Assembly: GCF_004010195.1 (NCBI RefSeq)
Contig: NC_057719.1
Span: 43,165,789-43,229,788 of the forward strand
Length of the DNA stretch: 64,000 nucleotides
Reading direction: 5' to 3'
Origin: Chiloscyllium plagiosum
Taxonomy: Eukaryota
A program made the position numbers and the translations under genes. Shown piece after piece: positions 23,401-37,053 of this stretch (positions are counted from its first letter, which is position 1; each line of letters opens with the position of its first letter). Below the pieces are notes generated by a model. That model made no database searches. It was not told the origin of the DNA and saw nothing but the letters and a program-made list of their open reading frames with translations.

Positions 23401-26309
23401 CATTATGTTAGTCACCAAATTACAAATTCTTCTATGGCTATTAAAAAGAAGTTTAAACTAGAAGTGATGACTGAGTTAGCACACATTTTGTAGAACAGTC
23501 AAACTGTTTTTTTTAAAATATGTTCTTCCAAGATGCATTATGCTAAAGTAATTTTCAAAGGATGGTGTATCAATAATATTTCCTTGGATACAGTATTATA
23601 TCAAATTACAATATAGGCACAAAACATTTGGTCTAACTGTCCTTTGTTGTTATTCCTCTACATGATCGCAGGTGGCTGCTCTATTCTCATTTCTCCATGT
23701 ACTTAACCAACTATTTAACCTAATCTCAAAAGTTAACATAGTCTCTGATTCAATCACCAACTCCAGTAGCACATTCCATATGGTTTTGTTAAATGTCATT
23801 AAGGTTTATCCTGCTTTCTGTTCTAAATCTCTAACGCTTAATCTTACATCTACATCCAGACCTTTCAACCCTTGGACACAGTCTAACTTAACTCTCTCAC
23901 TACTTCTGATATGATATTGTTTATCATAAGTCTTCTTTCTCCTAAAAAGGCAAAGCTTTTAACATTTCCTTCACAATACATCACTTTGTAATAAAACTTT
24001 TCAAAGCACTGAAAAATGGATAGCACTGAAGTACAAATACTTAAAGAATACAATTAAGTAGTGATAGCTAATGGGGATTCCATACCTCAACCCCACTCAA
24101 TAAGATGTTTCAACATTTATGGTGTGTCTCCAAATTATTCCTAATTGAAAAACACACCTCAACCTTTCAGGAGTTTAACAATGAAATCATTTCCCAACTC
24201 TCAACACCCCATTGACCACCAGTCACTCCTGAAGAATTCAGGTAGCAAGATACTGAATTGTCACAGTGCAACTTAATTACTGTTAAATTCAAAGGCTGAA
24301 CAGTTGGAGAAGTAAAAAGAAAGTTTAAAACAAGGCAAAAACCACACATGTCATAAAAACATATCAGTGCTTTATAGGGATAGAAATACATTTGCCTTTG
24401 TGTGACAGCATGCCACATTGAAGTGAACTCATCTATTGCTACTATTTCTCTAGGGAATTATGATTTTAATGATTTCTTTTTCATTTGGGTTGTCATTTAA
24501 TCTCCACATTTTTCACACTACCTTCAAATGATGTAACTCCTTTATCAGTTTTATTCCTTAAATATAATATAGCGAACCATGTCTTGTCTGAAACAATGCT
24601 ACTCAATACAATTAATGCAGCTCCATAGTACTGGGCATTTTGTGAGTATTCTTTATTTCTGAGTTATAAGAACAGATTCAGAAATCAATGTGTATCATGA
24701 CCAAAGTTTGATGCCTATAAGGAAAAACCATTTACTCATCTAGTTGTTTACAATTTAATGACTATTATACTTGCAGAATAAAATTAATAATCCAATTCAC
24801 ACTTCGCATGATACTGCATGTAATTGTACTTGTGAATAATATTTGAAATAACACCTTTAAGGCCACTGAAATTTCCTCCCTCAATTCCCACATGATCCTA
24901 AAGACATATCCTGACACACCCTAGTGTCTCCCCTTGAATTTACTACTTTTTAAATTCCGTATGTATAATACTACTAATCTCACCCCCAACCACTTCAGCA
25001 TTCACTTCCTTCTACACTGATTTTCTTTATTAAAGACCGATGAGAATCTATTAAATTCCTGTATCAATTTTTAAAAAATCATTATTCAAATAGTAGCAGT
25101 GGTCTCTTCTCAGGAAGATCTCATCACCAATTTCAGCTCACCACCACCTTCTCAAGGGCAACTAGAGATGGGCAATAAATGTTGGACAGCCAGCAACACC
25201 CACATCCTGCAAATTAATAAAAAAAAACCCTGTCATTTAATATATTGTTACATTTGATGTTTTTGTGAGCTTTTTCTTAATTATCTCCCTCAGTTTTCCT
25301 TATCTCTCTCTTGATCTCTTATTTCCTCATATTTTCAGACAGTTTTCAAATTATTTCCATTTGGCTCTGCAGTTCTTCAATTTTAATTGGTTTCTAGCCC
25401 TTCTCCGCATTCATTCATGACATCCTGAAACACTTTATACCTCACTCTATATCTTTATAATGTTTCAAAAAAAAAACACTCCTCCATTTCTTCACATTCC
25501 TTTGTGTCAGCTTTTTCTTCCACTTCAGTTCAAATTTCTAAACTCTAATACAATTTGTTGTTGATTTGGTGTGGATATTTTCCCTCTTAAAGCTCATAAT
25601 ATTGTGTTCACTACACCTAGTGTGAAGAAAGACAGAGAAAAAAGAAAAAAAAGAGAAAAAGTTTTCACTTAGAAGGTGATGTGCTTGGAACGTACTGCCA
25701 GTTGGGGTGGTGGAATCATGCACATTAGCAACATTTAAGGTGTATCTTGATATAATCATGAATGGGAGGTGAACAGAGGGAGTAAAAACTGCACATGGGC
25801 AATTCATAGCTGGTCTAAATAAAGATTAGGAGTCGGCTTCTTGAGCCAAATGGCCTATTCCTGTGCTGTATTGAATTGTATTGTATTGCTATTGTATTGA
25901 ATAAAGAAATTGCAAGAGATAGGAGTGAGGTGAGTGAAAGGTAAAGGAGATATAAAAGTAAAAGACTAACTGACAAACAGTATTCAAAAAATATAGAAAC
26001 CACATTCCACATGGTTATGCTGAGGTGAGTAAATGATTCACCAATTTGTTTCATCACTGAGACACTATTGTTACAACTCCATTTTGCTTTTCTGCCCATA
26101 TTCTGTTTGCCTGAATTACAGCTACAGCATAATGGTTTGTTTCAAGATGGATAATCTGCTGATGACTTTCCCTCTTAAAGCTCATAATATTGTGTTCGGT
26201 GTGTGAAACTTCCAGAAAAGCAAAATCAAAAATAGGAGGAGATCACCTGACCAAGTTTCTGTACCTTTTGTAAAATATTAAATTTCATTCATACTGACTT
26301 TCTTTATCA

Positions 26310-27840
26310 CACATGGGTTTCATGAGCTTGGCTCAACCTGATTAATGTGCCTTCTTGAGCTGCCTTTCGCGCTCTCATCTTCAGCCTTCATCATCCGCCT
26401 CACTTCAAAGCCAGCTACACCTCAGTCAAGAAGGGCCTGTCATCAGTGTCCCAAGGCAGGCTCTTCCCAGCTGTTGACATCAAAGCCAATGTTCTTCATG
26501 TAGGCTTTCAGGACATCTTTGGAATGTGTCCACTGCCCAACCTATAATCTTTGATCAGTCATGAGTGGTGGTGGAGGGTTGTTTTTCAGACTGGAGGCCT
26601 GTGACCAGTGGAGTGCCACAAGGATCAGTGCTGGGCCCTCTACTTTTTGTCATTTACATAAATGATTTGGATGCGAGCATAAGAGGTAGTTAGTAAGTTT
26701 ATAGATGACACCAAAATTGGAGATGTAGTGGACAGCGAAGAGTGTTACTCAGATCTTGACAAGATGGACCAATGGGCTGAGAAGTAGCAGATGGAGTTTA
26801 ATTCAGATAAATGCGAAGTGCTGCATTTTGGGAAAGGAAATCTTAGCATGACTTATACACTTAATGGTAAGGGAGTGTTGCTGAACAAAGAGACCTTGGA
26901 GTGGAGGTTTATAGCTCCTTAAAAGTGGAGTCGCAGGTAGATAGGATAGTGAAGAATGCTTTTGGTATGCTTTCCTTTATTGGTCAGAGTATGGAGTACA
27001 CAGGTTGAGAGGTCATGTTGTGGCTGTACAGGACATTGGTTAGGCCACTGTTGGAATATTGCATGCAATTCTGGTCTCCTTCCTATCGGAAAGATGTTGT
27101 GAAACTTGAAAGGGTTCAGAAAAGATGTACAAGGATGTTGCCAGAGTTGGAGGATTTGAGCCAGAGGGAAAGGCTGAACAGGCTGGGGCTGTTTTTCCTG
27201 GAGCATCGGAGGCTGAGGGGTGACCTTATAAATGTTTACAAAATTATGAGTGGCATGGATAGGGTAAACAGGCAAAGTCTTTTCCCTGGCATCAGGGAGT
27301 CCAGAACTAGAGGGCACAGGTTTAGGGTGAGAGGGGAAAGATATAAAAGAGTCCTAAGGGGCAACTTTTTCACACAGAGGGTGGTACGTTTATGGAATGA
27401 GCTGCCAGAGGAAGTGGTGGAGGCTGGTACAATTGCAACATTTAAGAAGCATTTGGATGGGTATATGAATAGGAAGTGTTTGGAGGGATATGGGCCAGGT
27501 GCTGGCAGGTGGGACTAGATTGGGTTGGAATATCTGGTCGGCATGGACAGGTTGGACCGAAGGGTCTGTTTCCATGCTGTACATCTCTATGACTCAAGTG
27601 TCTCTCTTTTGGCTGGAGAAGTACCTTTACCTTATCAGTTTTCAGATTCAGCTTTAGGGCTCAATAGTTTCCTAAATTCTTCAAATAGGTCGGAGGTGGC
27701 CTTTTGTGTGTGCTAGAATAAAACAATCACCTACGCACAGAGGTCCAGTACCGTGATGTGAGAGATGTTGGACATCACCTTCAGCCTACGAAGATTGAAA
27801 AGTTTCTCATTGAACCAGTCATCAATTTGGCCCTGGTTTA
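26310..27840 (-). mobile_element. Old RTE-clade LINE remnants (26310-26560 and about 27620-27840) split by a CR1
   Basis: KDVLKAYMKNIGFDVNSWEE (3' end) and KLFNLRRLK (RT) motifs. Confidence 0.7.
26565..27594 (+). mobile_element. CR1 LINE 3' part
   Basis: [14 protein letters not shown] 27015-27518; ctctatgact tail. Confidence 0.95.
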
Positions 27841-27949
27841 GAAAACATAGCCCAGGGGTTATTTACAGAACTAGTGTAAGCATAAGTCAGTAACTTCAGG
27901 CAAATCAGTTTAACCTCAGTGGTGAACATGCTTTTAGCAATAAGATTTC

Positions 27950-29035
27950 AGGACAAAATTAACAATGACTTGGACAACTGCAGGTTATCGGAGAAAAGCC
28001 AGTGCAGATTTCTTAGGGGCAACAATTTGTTCAATTATTTTGATGAAGTAACAGAAAGGGTAGAGGAGAGTGAAGAGAAGAGTTGAAGTGGTGTATATAG
28101 ACATTCAAACAGTATTAGATAAAATGCCACACAACTGATTTATGTGCAAACTTAGAACTCGTGGAATAAAAGGGAGTTAGCAACGTGGATACAAAATTGT
28201 GACAGGAAATGAAGTAGAATTAACATTTGTCTTTCAGACTGTGGCAAGATTTATAGTGGAGTTCCTCAGTGGTCTGTGTTAGAACCCCTATTCTTCCAGA
28301 TATACTAATGATCAACATTGTGGTGGACAGAACACAATTGCAAGATTTGACGATGACACAAATCCTACAAGTATTGTGAATTGTCTTAAGCATCAAGTTA
28401 ACGTTACAAAGACATAGACTGATTGGTGGAGGTGGGAGACAAGAAGCTGATGCATTTAAAGCAAAGAATTATGAAGTGATTTACATTGCTCAGAAGAAAT
28501 GGGACAGACAATATAAAATAAAGCATACAATTTCAAAAGGAGGTTTCTAAGCAGAGAAACCTGAGGGAATATCTGCACAAATCATTGAAGGTGACAAGGG
28601 AGGTTGCAAGAGCAGTTTCTAAAACATATAGGATCCTGACCATCATAAATAATGGCACAAAGTACATGGACAAGCAAGTTATGATAAACCTATATAATAC
28701 ACCTGTTTGGCTCAATGGTTTTGCATCCAGTTCTGGGCACCACACTACAAGAAGAACTTGAAGACATTAGGAAAGTTATAGAACAGATTCACAGGAATAA
28801 TAAAACAGTTTAAAAGGAGAGAAGTCATTTGAGTCTATACTGCACTCCGTAAGAGTGTGGTGTAAGCAGAATTGTGGCTTTCAAAATAGACTTGGATCAT
28901 TGTCTGAAAATAAATAATTTGCTTAGCTACAGGGAAAAGTAGGGAAGTGGCACTAAATGCACGGTTCATGCAGAGAGCTGACACAGACATGCCAGGCCAA
29001 ATGATGACCTCCTGTTCTGTAGCTGTTTTATGATT
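27950..29035 (+). mobile_element. Old CR1 LINE RT fragment
   Basis: Decayed VYIDIQ..LDKMPH, SGVPQ, RFDDDT, QFWAPH motifs. Confidence 0.75.
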
Positions 29036-29264
29036 TGATGATCTTATGGAATTTCATTCCAGGTAAAGTAACATTTTGTCAGTTACACTATCCCTGTGTA
29101 GCATGCTGTGCATCAATTCCATCTTTATACTTATCTAGTGGGTCAAATCTAACTGAATCAGCAGACGACAATCTTTTATGTAATGTGTGCCGACCAGTTT
29201 GGTCATACAATTTTGGGACTAGTACATTTCTTCATTATGTATCATGTTCATACTTAGATACGGA

Positions 29265-31212
29265 TTTGGAAATGCCGCTGTTGGACTGGGGTGTACAAAA
29301 GTTAAAAATTGCACACCAGCTTATAATCCAACAGGTTTATTTGGAAGCACTAGCTTTTGGAGCGCTGTTCCTTCATCAAGTGTTTATTGAGTATAAGATC
29401 GTAAGACACAGAATTTAAAGCAAAGGTTTACAGTGTGATGTAACTGAAATTATAACTTGAAAAAGACCTGGATCGTTTGTTAAGTCTCTCATCTTTAAGT
29501 GAACTTTAACAACTGGTGTCATGTCAGCCCAGATAATGCATTTAAGGTGGGAGCTGCCCTGTGTAAGACTGTCTGTGTCACGATGGTCAGACTGATTCTA
29601 ATCTAAAAAGCGGATTTATAGAATCTTATATGGATTCATGCAGTTTTTGAACAAAGTAAAATGGAATTCTGCAAGTACAAATTCACCCCACAAACGTGTG
29701 TGTGTGTGTGTGTGTGAGAGAGATTGTTTGTGGTGGGGGTGGCGGGTGTTATGAGCCTCTGCAGTGTATGAGATAGACAAATTTATCTGAGTCGAAAGAG
29801 TACCTTCCACATATATGGTGGTATCCCATGCAGGCAAGGATGCCCAGACGCATGGTACATTGGCAAGACCAAGCAGAGGCTGTGGCAACGGATGAATGGA
29901 CACCGCACAACAATTAAACAGACAGGTGTGTTCTCTCCCTGTTGGAGAACACTTCAGCGGTCTGGGACAGTTGACCTCCTGTGGTGTAAAATTATGTCCC
30001 AATACATGTGTGAATCATAATGTAACACATGTATTGGGCCAAGCAGTGGAATGTGGTGAAACGGTTAAAAATTATGTCCCAATACATGTGTGAATCTAAC
30101 CGGAATGGAGGTGTTGCTTAGTCCCGTGTGAATCTTATTACACACCTCCCCGTGTGAATCTTCTTATCTGTATGTAACCAGAATGGAATGTGTTTTTTAG
30201 CCTTGCTCTGCTGTTCACATTAATGTTTATATCTGGAAAAGAGTATATCAGCTGGAAAAGTCTCCAGTTCGGAGAGTCTGCTCCGGGGTTACGTTTAACC
30301 GCCGAGCGTGGGTTGTTGGCAACCGCTCTACGAGAACTGACGGCTCCCAGTTCCGGTAACATGTAGAGTGAGTATAAGCCAGACCCGTTGTAAGTATGAG
30401 ACCTGGTTGTGGCGACGCTGCGGGGAATAAAATGCTCATATTCTAGCAGACTCGCCTCTTGGTCGTTTGTTCTGTGTCAGACTACTCTCCTACGAACCTG
30501 ACCTTGAGAATTTTTTAAAACACCTCCGACCTTTGGGTGACCGTCCTCCAAGGTGGACTTCGGGACAGGCAACAACGGAAGGTAGCTGAGCAGAGGCTGA
30601 TAGCCAAGTTCGCTACCCATGCGGATGGCCTCAACCGGGACCTGGGGTTCATGTCACACTACACGTGACCCTATTGCACTACATACATACATACACACAG
30701 ACCCTCCCTCATACGCTCACATATACACTCACACAAGCAACCTCTCACAGACTTATACCCCTTTACACTCAAACTCTCACACATACACACACACTCTCAC
30801 AGACATTCATAACCCCCACCACTCCTCCCCACCACACACACACACTCACCCACATGCACATAAGTATGTGGGGTGAATTTATACTTGCAGAATTACGTTT
30901 TACTTTGCTCAAAAACTTCATGAATCCATGTAAGATTCTGTAAATCCTTTTTACAGATATGCATTATCTGGGCCGACATGACACCAATTGTTAAAGTTCA
31001 CTTGATAATGTAACTTTTTAAAACGTCTTGCGATTTACATACAAAAGAACTGAAACCAACATGTCATTCTAAAAAGGTGAGAGACTTAAACAATCCAGGT
31101 CTTTTTCAATATATCATTTCAGTTACATCACACTGTAAACCTTTGCTATAAATTCTGTGTTTTACGATCTTATACTTCACAACCACCCGATGAAGGAGCA
31201 GGTTTTTAACTT
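29265..31212 (+). mobile_element. Penelope-like element (GIY-YIG end plus tail) preceded by an inverted copy of its own tail
   Basis: C..AWYIGKTKQRL.QRMNGHR (29830-29910); AEQRLIAKF.TH..GLNRD (30584-30642); 29265-29720 is the reverse complement of 30850-31212. Confidence 0.9.
29980..30522 (+). mobile_element. Solo LTR (543 bp)
   Basis: TGT...ACA termini, 5-bp TSD cctcc (29975-29979, 30523-30527), internal direct repeats, TATA-like gtataa (about 30372), AATAAA (30426), CpG-rich. Confidence 0.85.
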
Positions 31213-31799
31213 TATACTTGGATACTGCTGCTTCACAAATTACAGGAAGTACAGTATATGTAACCACTGCCATTGTGGATAGCACACCAAAATATATTAA
31301 ACAACATCAGCACTAGAAGTTACAAGGTATAGAAATTCCACTTTGCATCTATTAAATTTACCCGTGCACCACAACTTGATCACACCAACTGGATTGCAAC
31401 TTACACAACATCGTACTGCCAACCTGTTATTTTCCATTAATTAGATTTATACTTGTTTCTGTAGCTGGTGGTAAAAGATGGAGGAATCATCTCCAGTGGA
31501 AAGCAGTAGGCCAGGATCTAGTAAGAACACATTAAAATTTGATGCTCAAGTTGTTATTTTTGGAGAATCATGGAGTGTATGTGCTGGAATTTCTCCTGGT
31601 ATAATGAGATGGGCTGACTAATGCAAATTATTCATAGTCATTAGACAGAAGTGGTCCAAAGGCTTTTATTTAATTTAGTTCTTTTTAATGCTTGTAGAAT
31701 GCACTTTCTTATGTTAGAGTACACTCACGAGGAGCAGCAGATTGGTATATTGTATTAATCAAAGTTTCTTCTGAACAATAAATCTTGCATTTTTAAAAA

Positions 31800-32490
31800 A
31801 ATATAACTCATGGGATGGGAGTGTTGCTGACTAGCCTGATTTATCACCTCTTCTTGAGCCACTGTAGTCCATAATTTCCAAATAACCAAAACCATCTTCC
31901 TTTGTCCTAGGTACGACTCCAACCAGTGAAGAGTTCTCCCCCAGTTTCACACTGACCAGTTCTGTTAGGACTTCTTGATATCAAGGACTGTCACTCTCAC
32001 CTTTGAAATTCAGCTTTCTTGTACATGTTTAAACCAAGGCTGAAATGAAGTTTGGACAGAGTGGCCCTGCCGGAACGCAATCTGGGTGCCAGTGAGTAGT
32101 TTATTGCTAAGGAAGTGACACTTGATAACACTGCTCATGACACCTTCCATCACGTTAATGGCGACCAAGAGTACACCGATGGGGCTGTAATTGACCAGGT
32201 CGGATTTGTCCTGATGTGTGTGTGAAGGCCAGACCTGGTCAATTTTTCACATTGTCAAGTAGATGCCAATGTTGTAGCCATATTAAAAACAACTTGGCTA
32301 GGGATGTGATAAATTCTGCACCATACATCTTCAGTAATATTGCTAGACTATTTTCAGGGCTGATGTCCTTTGAAGGTATCCAGCATCTCCAACTACTTCT
32401 TGATATCACGTGGAGTGAATCAATTTGACTGAAGGAGGGCATCTGTGATGCTTGGACCTCTGAAGATGTTACAGATTGATCAGCCACTCA
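31800..32490 (-). mobile_element. CR1/L2-group LINE fragments
   Basis: Similar to 40770-42750; LK...ELx.SLAKLF motif. Confidence 0.7.
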
Positions 32491-33277
32491 CATACCAAGA
32501 TCTCATGATTCTCAGTAATAGATAACTTTAAGTTATTCTGAAATCTGGAGATATGTAATTGATAATCAGCTGACTTCAGAATGATCAGCTAATATGTTAT
32601 CTTAAAATTATAATATGTCCTCTCAGCATTTTTCCTCACCAAAGTAGGTCAGTTAGACTTAATTATTCACTGGAAATCCATGTGTCATACAGTTGTACAA
32701 AAGTAGAGAAGAGAACATAAGATAGTGATTTGAAGGCATTTAGAAGAGACTCTAGAATCAATTATATTTTAGTGGGTAAATGTCACTCCAACCCACACAA
32801 GTAACAGTGAAGGTGCTCTGTTGTAAGCAGTGGTGATTTAACAAGTCTAGGCTTCTTTCATGGCAATGGTATCTTCATACAGTGCATGGTTACAAATATC
32901 TTTTGGTTACTACAGTTTGACCTTCAATACCAAGGATATATTAATTGATGCTTAAGAATAAACATTTAAAAATTAACCTGTGTTCAGTTGTGGAAACAAC
33001 TTCATGTCAATGCACACTTTGCTTCTGTTTTGAAAACATTATGTAACTACGTGTGCACAAATGATCACCATTAATGGAAACTGGGCATTTCATATGAATA
33101 TTGATTGGAAAGGAAAAGAAATGTGCTCATTTTTGAAACCATTTTTAAACTAATGTTTTTAGTATCACTTACATTGTTTATAGATAATTGGCAACTCAGA
33201 ATAAAGTCTATTCATATCAGTGATATCAACATGAAATATCTGCAACTTAATGGGAACATGAGTCAAAAGTTTGTATG

Positions 33278-33399
33278 AAGAAGGGCTTATGCCCGAAACG
33301 TCGATTCTCCTGTTCCCTGGATGCTGCCTGACCTGCTGCGCTTTTCCAGCAACACATTTTCAGCTCTGATCTCCAGCATCTGCAAACCTCACTTTCTCC
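33278..33399 (+). mobile_element. Short PLE-derived element
   Basis: 15-bp TSD tcaaaagtttgtatg (33263-33277, 33400-33414); begins within a hammerhead core. Confidence 0.9.
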
Positions 33400-33739
33400 T
33401 CAAAAGTTTGTATGGGTCATATTGGATCCATAAATAGAAAAAAAATGGACACTCCATCAATACACAGAAGTTTTTAAGCACGGATTAGGTACTTTTCTGA
33501 AGTCAAGTGTATTTCTAAGTCAGAAAAGAAACTAAGGAATCCATCTATGTCAGGCTACAGGGTAGAAATTGGTCTGTGGCTGTGGAGATGATCCCAGTGG
33601 ATGGCTGGAAATCCAAAGGAGCCTAACTACAGCCAATTCCTGAAGTCTGACACAATTCAATGCAGTTAACCATCAGCTTTAGGGATCTAGTTCTTTTAAG
33701 GAATGGTGACTTCCACTATGATCTCCCAGAATAATGGCC

Positions 33740-35155
33740 ATAGAAACATAGAAAATAGGAGCAGGAATAGGCTATTAAGCCCTTTGAGTTTGCTTGCTAC
33801 TCATTATGATCATGGCTGAAGATCCAACTCAATGGCCTATTCCTGCTTTAGTCCTGTATTCTTTGATCCCTTTAATCTCAAATGCTATATCCAACTCCTT
33901 CTTGAAATCAAATAATGCTTTTACTCAACTGCTTTCTATGGTAGTGACTTCTACTCTCTGGGTGAAGAAATTTCTCTGCATTTCAGTCCTAAATGGCTTA
34001 CACCTATCCATGGACTGTGATCCCTGGTTCTGGGTTCCCCCACCATCAAGGAACATTCTTCCATAATCTATCTTGTCCAGTCCTGTTAGAATTTTATAGG
34101 TGAGATATCCAACCCCCTCTCCCAATCCCAGAGCTTGCAGGCAGGCCACCGTAGGGATGGGCAGATGGTCACTATTGAGGGAAATGGTGAGGGGCAATTA
34201 ATGAACCAGCTATCACTGTTGCTGGAGGATACCCTTCTATGATGTATCTGTAGATTCACTCCATTGAGCTCATAATGAGGTTTCCAGTATTGAGTGGGTG
34301 ACCTCCCAGATGGCATAGGCTAATTACAGGGTCAATCAGGGCCACTGTGCAAACACTGACTGCAGGAATGCTGAGGTATTCACTCCATTGGAAGGGTTAC
34401 TCCCCCACAATGTCAGCCTGAAAGCAGTGTCCTGTTTGAAATTAAAAACGTGTACAAGGTCACACGAAGATGCCTTCACCTCAAGGCATTCCCTCACGCT
34501 CTCCTATCGGCATCAGTGGCACCTACCTCTGATGGTGCCGAAGTTAGTGCTGTCTTGAGTACCTGCCCTCATCCTTACTGGATGACTAGCATACACCCAA
34601 GAGACTACAGTCTTGTGGGAGAGGTGGCAACATCCCTACCACTGGACCAGAAGGTCCAGATACCACCTCAGGAATGTGATGGCTACTGAGTTACATGGGA
34701 CATAGGCCAGTACAGTACAGGAACAGGCCCTTCAGCCCATTATTTCTATGCTGAACATGAGGCAATTTGTAAACTAATCCTATCTGCCTGAACATAGTCC
34801 AGATCTTTCTGTTCCCTGCCTGTTCTGTATAAATGGCTCTTAAAATGTTGCTATTGGATCTGCTGCTACCGCTTTCCAAGGCAATGCACTCCTATAAAAT
34901 ATGCCTCACATAGCTCCTTTTAAATATTTCCCCCTCTCACCTTAAACCCATGCCCCCTAGTATTTGACATTTCCACCCTATCCACGTCTCTCATCATTTT
35001 ATATACTTCAATCAGGTCACCCCCTCAGCCTCTAACGCTCTAGTAAAACCAATCGATGTTTGTCCAGACTCTCCTTATATCTAATATATACCAATCAAGG
35101 CAACAACCTGGTAAACCTCTTTCACACCCTCTACAAGCCTTCAGATCCTTCTTAC
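33740..35155 (-). mobile_element. Two CR1 3' fragments (33740-34095, 34695-35155) with unclassified repeat between
   Basis: RNFFTQRV and LRGDLIEVYK motifs; CR1 tails. Confidence 0.7.
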
Positions 35156-35661
35156 AGTGTGTGTGTGATAACACATTTAAACAGGTTGATTAAAAATTGG
35201 CCAGCTCTTTAAAAATTATTCAGGTGTCAGACAACATTCAAGTCATGGCCAATTTGGCAAAATATCAGACAATGTTTGTAGAACAACACTCCAGCAAGAG
35301 TGCTCTAAGGGAGACAAAAAATAAGATAATACTGGCACAGCAACCCTCCCCCCATTTTAGAAGCAACAAATTATATCAGTCAGTGAGACATATTTTAATG
35401 GCAACTGTTTTCTAGTGGTAATTTTTCCATTCTTTTGACTCGACCGGATTCTCTCCCGCTCTTGAAGACGTTGACATGGTTCCACAGGTGCAGCAGCCCA
35501 AAAATATCTCACTCAATGACCACATTGAGCAGTCAGCAATAAGATATTGTGCTTATTTTTCTCATCCTTCTGTAGTCAGGGCAGTAAAGTGAACTGATAC
35601 ACCTCTACTTTTGTCACATCTGAGATGTAATAACTTTTGAATTGGAACATGGAATTTTTTG

Positions 35662-35835
35662 CTGGAAAAGCACAGTTCAGGCAGCATCCAAGGAGCAGGA
35701 GAATCGACGTTTCGGGCATGAGCCCTTCTTTAGGAATGGAAGTTTCTCCTGCTCCTTGGATGCTGCCTGACCTGCTGCGCTTTTCCAGCAACACATTTTC
35801 AGCTCTGATCTCCAGCATCTGCAGTCCTCACTTTC
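35662..35835. mobile_element. PLE-derived fold-back mini-element
   Basis: Inverted arms around a truncated hammerhead; 15-bp TSD acatggaattttttg (35647-35661, 35836-35850). Confidence 0.9.
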
Positions 35836-37053
35836 ACATGGAATTTTTTGTCAACTCAACAATTTAATGTCTGGTTCAAGTGGTACATTTACCCAGCTGG
35901 ACTTGGAAATGCCAAATATTTTCAAAGCAGTTCACCTCTCCTTCATTCTCAGACAATCTATCCATTATAATAGGAGTAGCCTGTGCTGCAGGGAGGCCAG
36001 AAACTCAGGGTTTGATGTCGGGGGAAGATTTTATTGCTCCCTGCCAATGGGTTTGGAGGCTGAGATGAGGGACGGCCATAAACATCTGCACGTTTTCTGC
36101 CCAGCTATCAATCCCCACCTGACTTCTATTTTACAGGGGCTAGGTCCACCCACCTACCCTTTTAGAATGTCATTTCCCACTCAACTATAATTTCCAGGCC
36201 AGGGGAATAGGTCAGGGATGGGAGGATTCCCAGCAGACTTGCCTAGTCAAGTCTCCTACAGACAACCTTTCCTAATTGGGGGCTTGCTGCAAGTGCCTCC
36301 TCCCTGGCCTTGGGATCAGGCCCCACTCCTCTCACAGGTCCTCCCATCCTAGTGCCCCTGACAGACCCAATTCTAACCTTTGATCAGGATCCTGGTTCAT
36401 CTTTGCTGGGACCAAATGTAGTCCCAGCAATGGCAAACCTTCCCAGTGATGCTGCTGGGAATAAAGAGCTGCAATCCAATCAGATTAGCCAACTGGTCTC
36501 TGAGGCAGGACTTTCTTCCTTAATGTGGGCAGATGTTTCCCTCCTTTGGCAACAAATGCTCCACTGTTAGATGTCTCCACGGTACCTCTTCATGATCATC
36601 GGCAAAAGTGAAGGAAGGTGTTGTTAACATAAAGCAGCTATCATAACCTACTCACTGATACTCAATTTGGGTTCAATGAGGGCCACTCGATCCCTGACAT
36701 CATTACAACCTTGGTCCTGATATGGGCAAAGATCTGAACTTATGTGGGGAGGCAGAAGTGACTACTCCTGACATCAGGACAGTGACATTTCTCACTGAGG
36801 CAATCAACTGGAAATCAAGCCGTACTATGCCCAGCTTTGTCATTAATCTTAAACATCTTACAAAGGTACACAAAATTCCCCAGTTCACCTGTTTGATAGA
36901 CTTATATTAACAGAAAATGGAGTCCAGATTTCTGTACTTAATAGAAATGTATGACAAATATATTGATTCTAACCACAGGTAGGCAAGTATTAACTGTCAA
37001 CATATAACCACCACTTAAACTCTAACCCTCTCCTAAACATACAAAATTACAGC

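Noticed and set aside
27735..27832. Apparent minus-strand coding exon with splice-like ends
   Set aside because: The translation KLFNLRRLK is an RTE reverse-transcriptase remnant.
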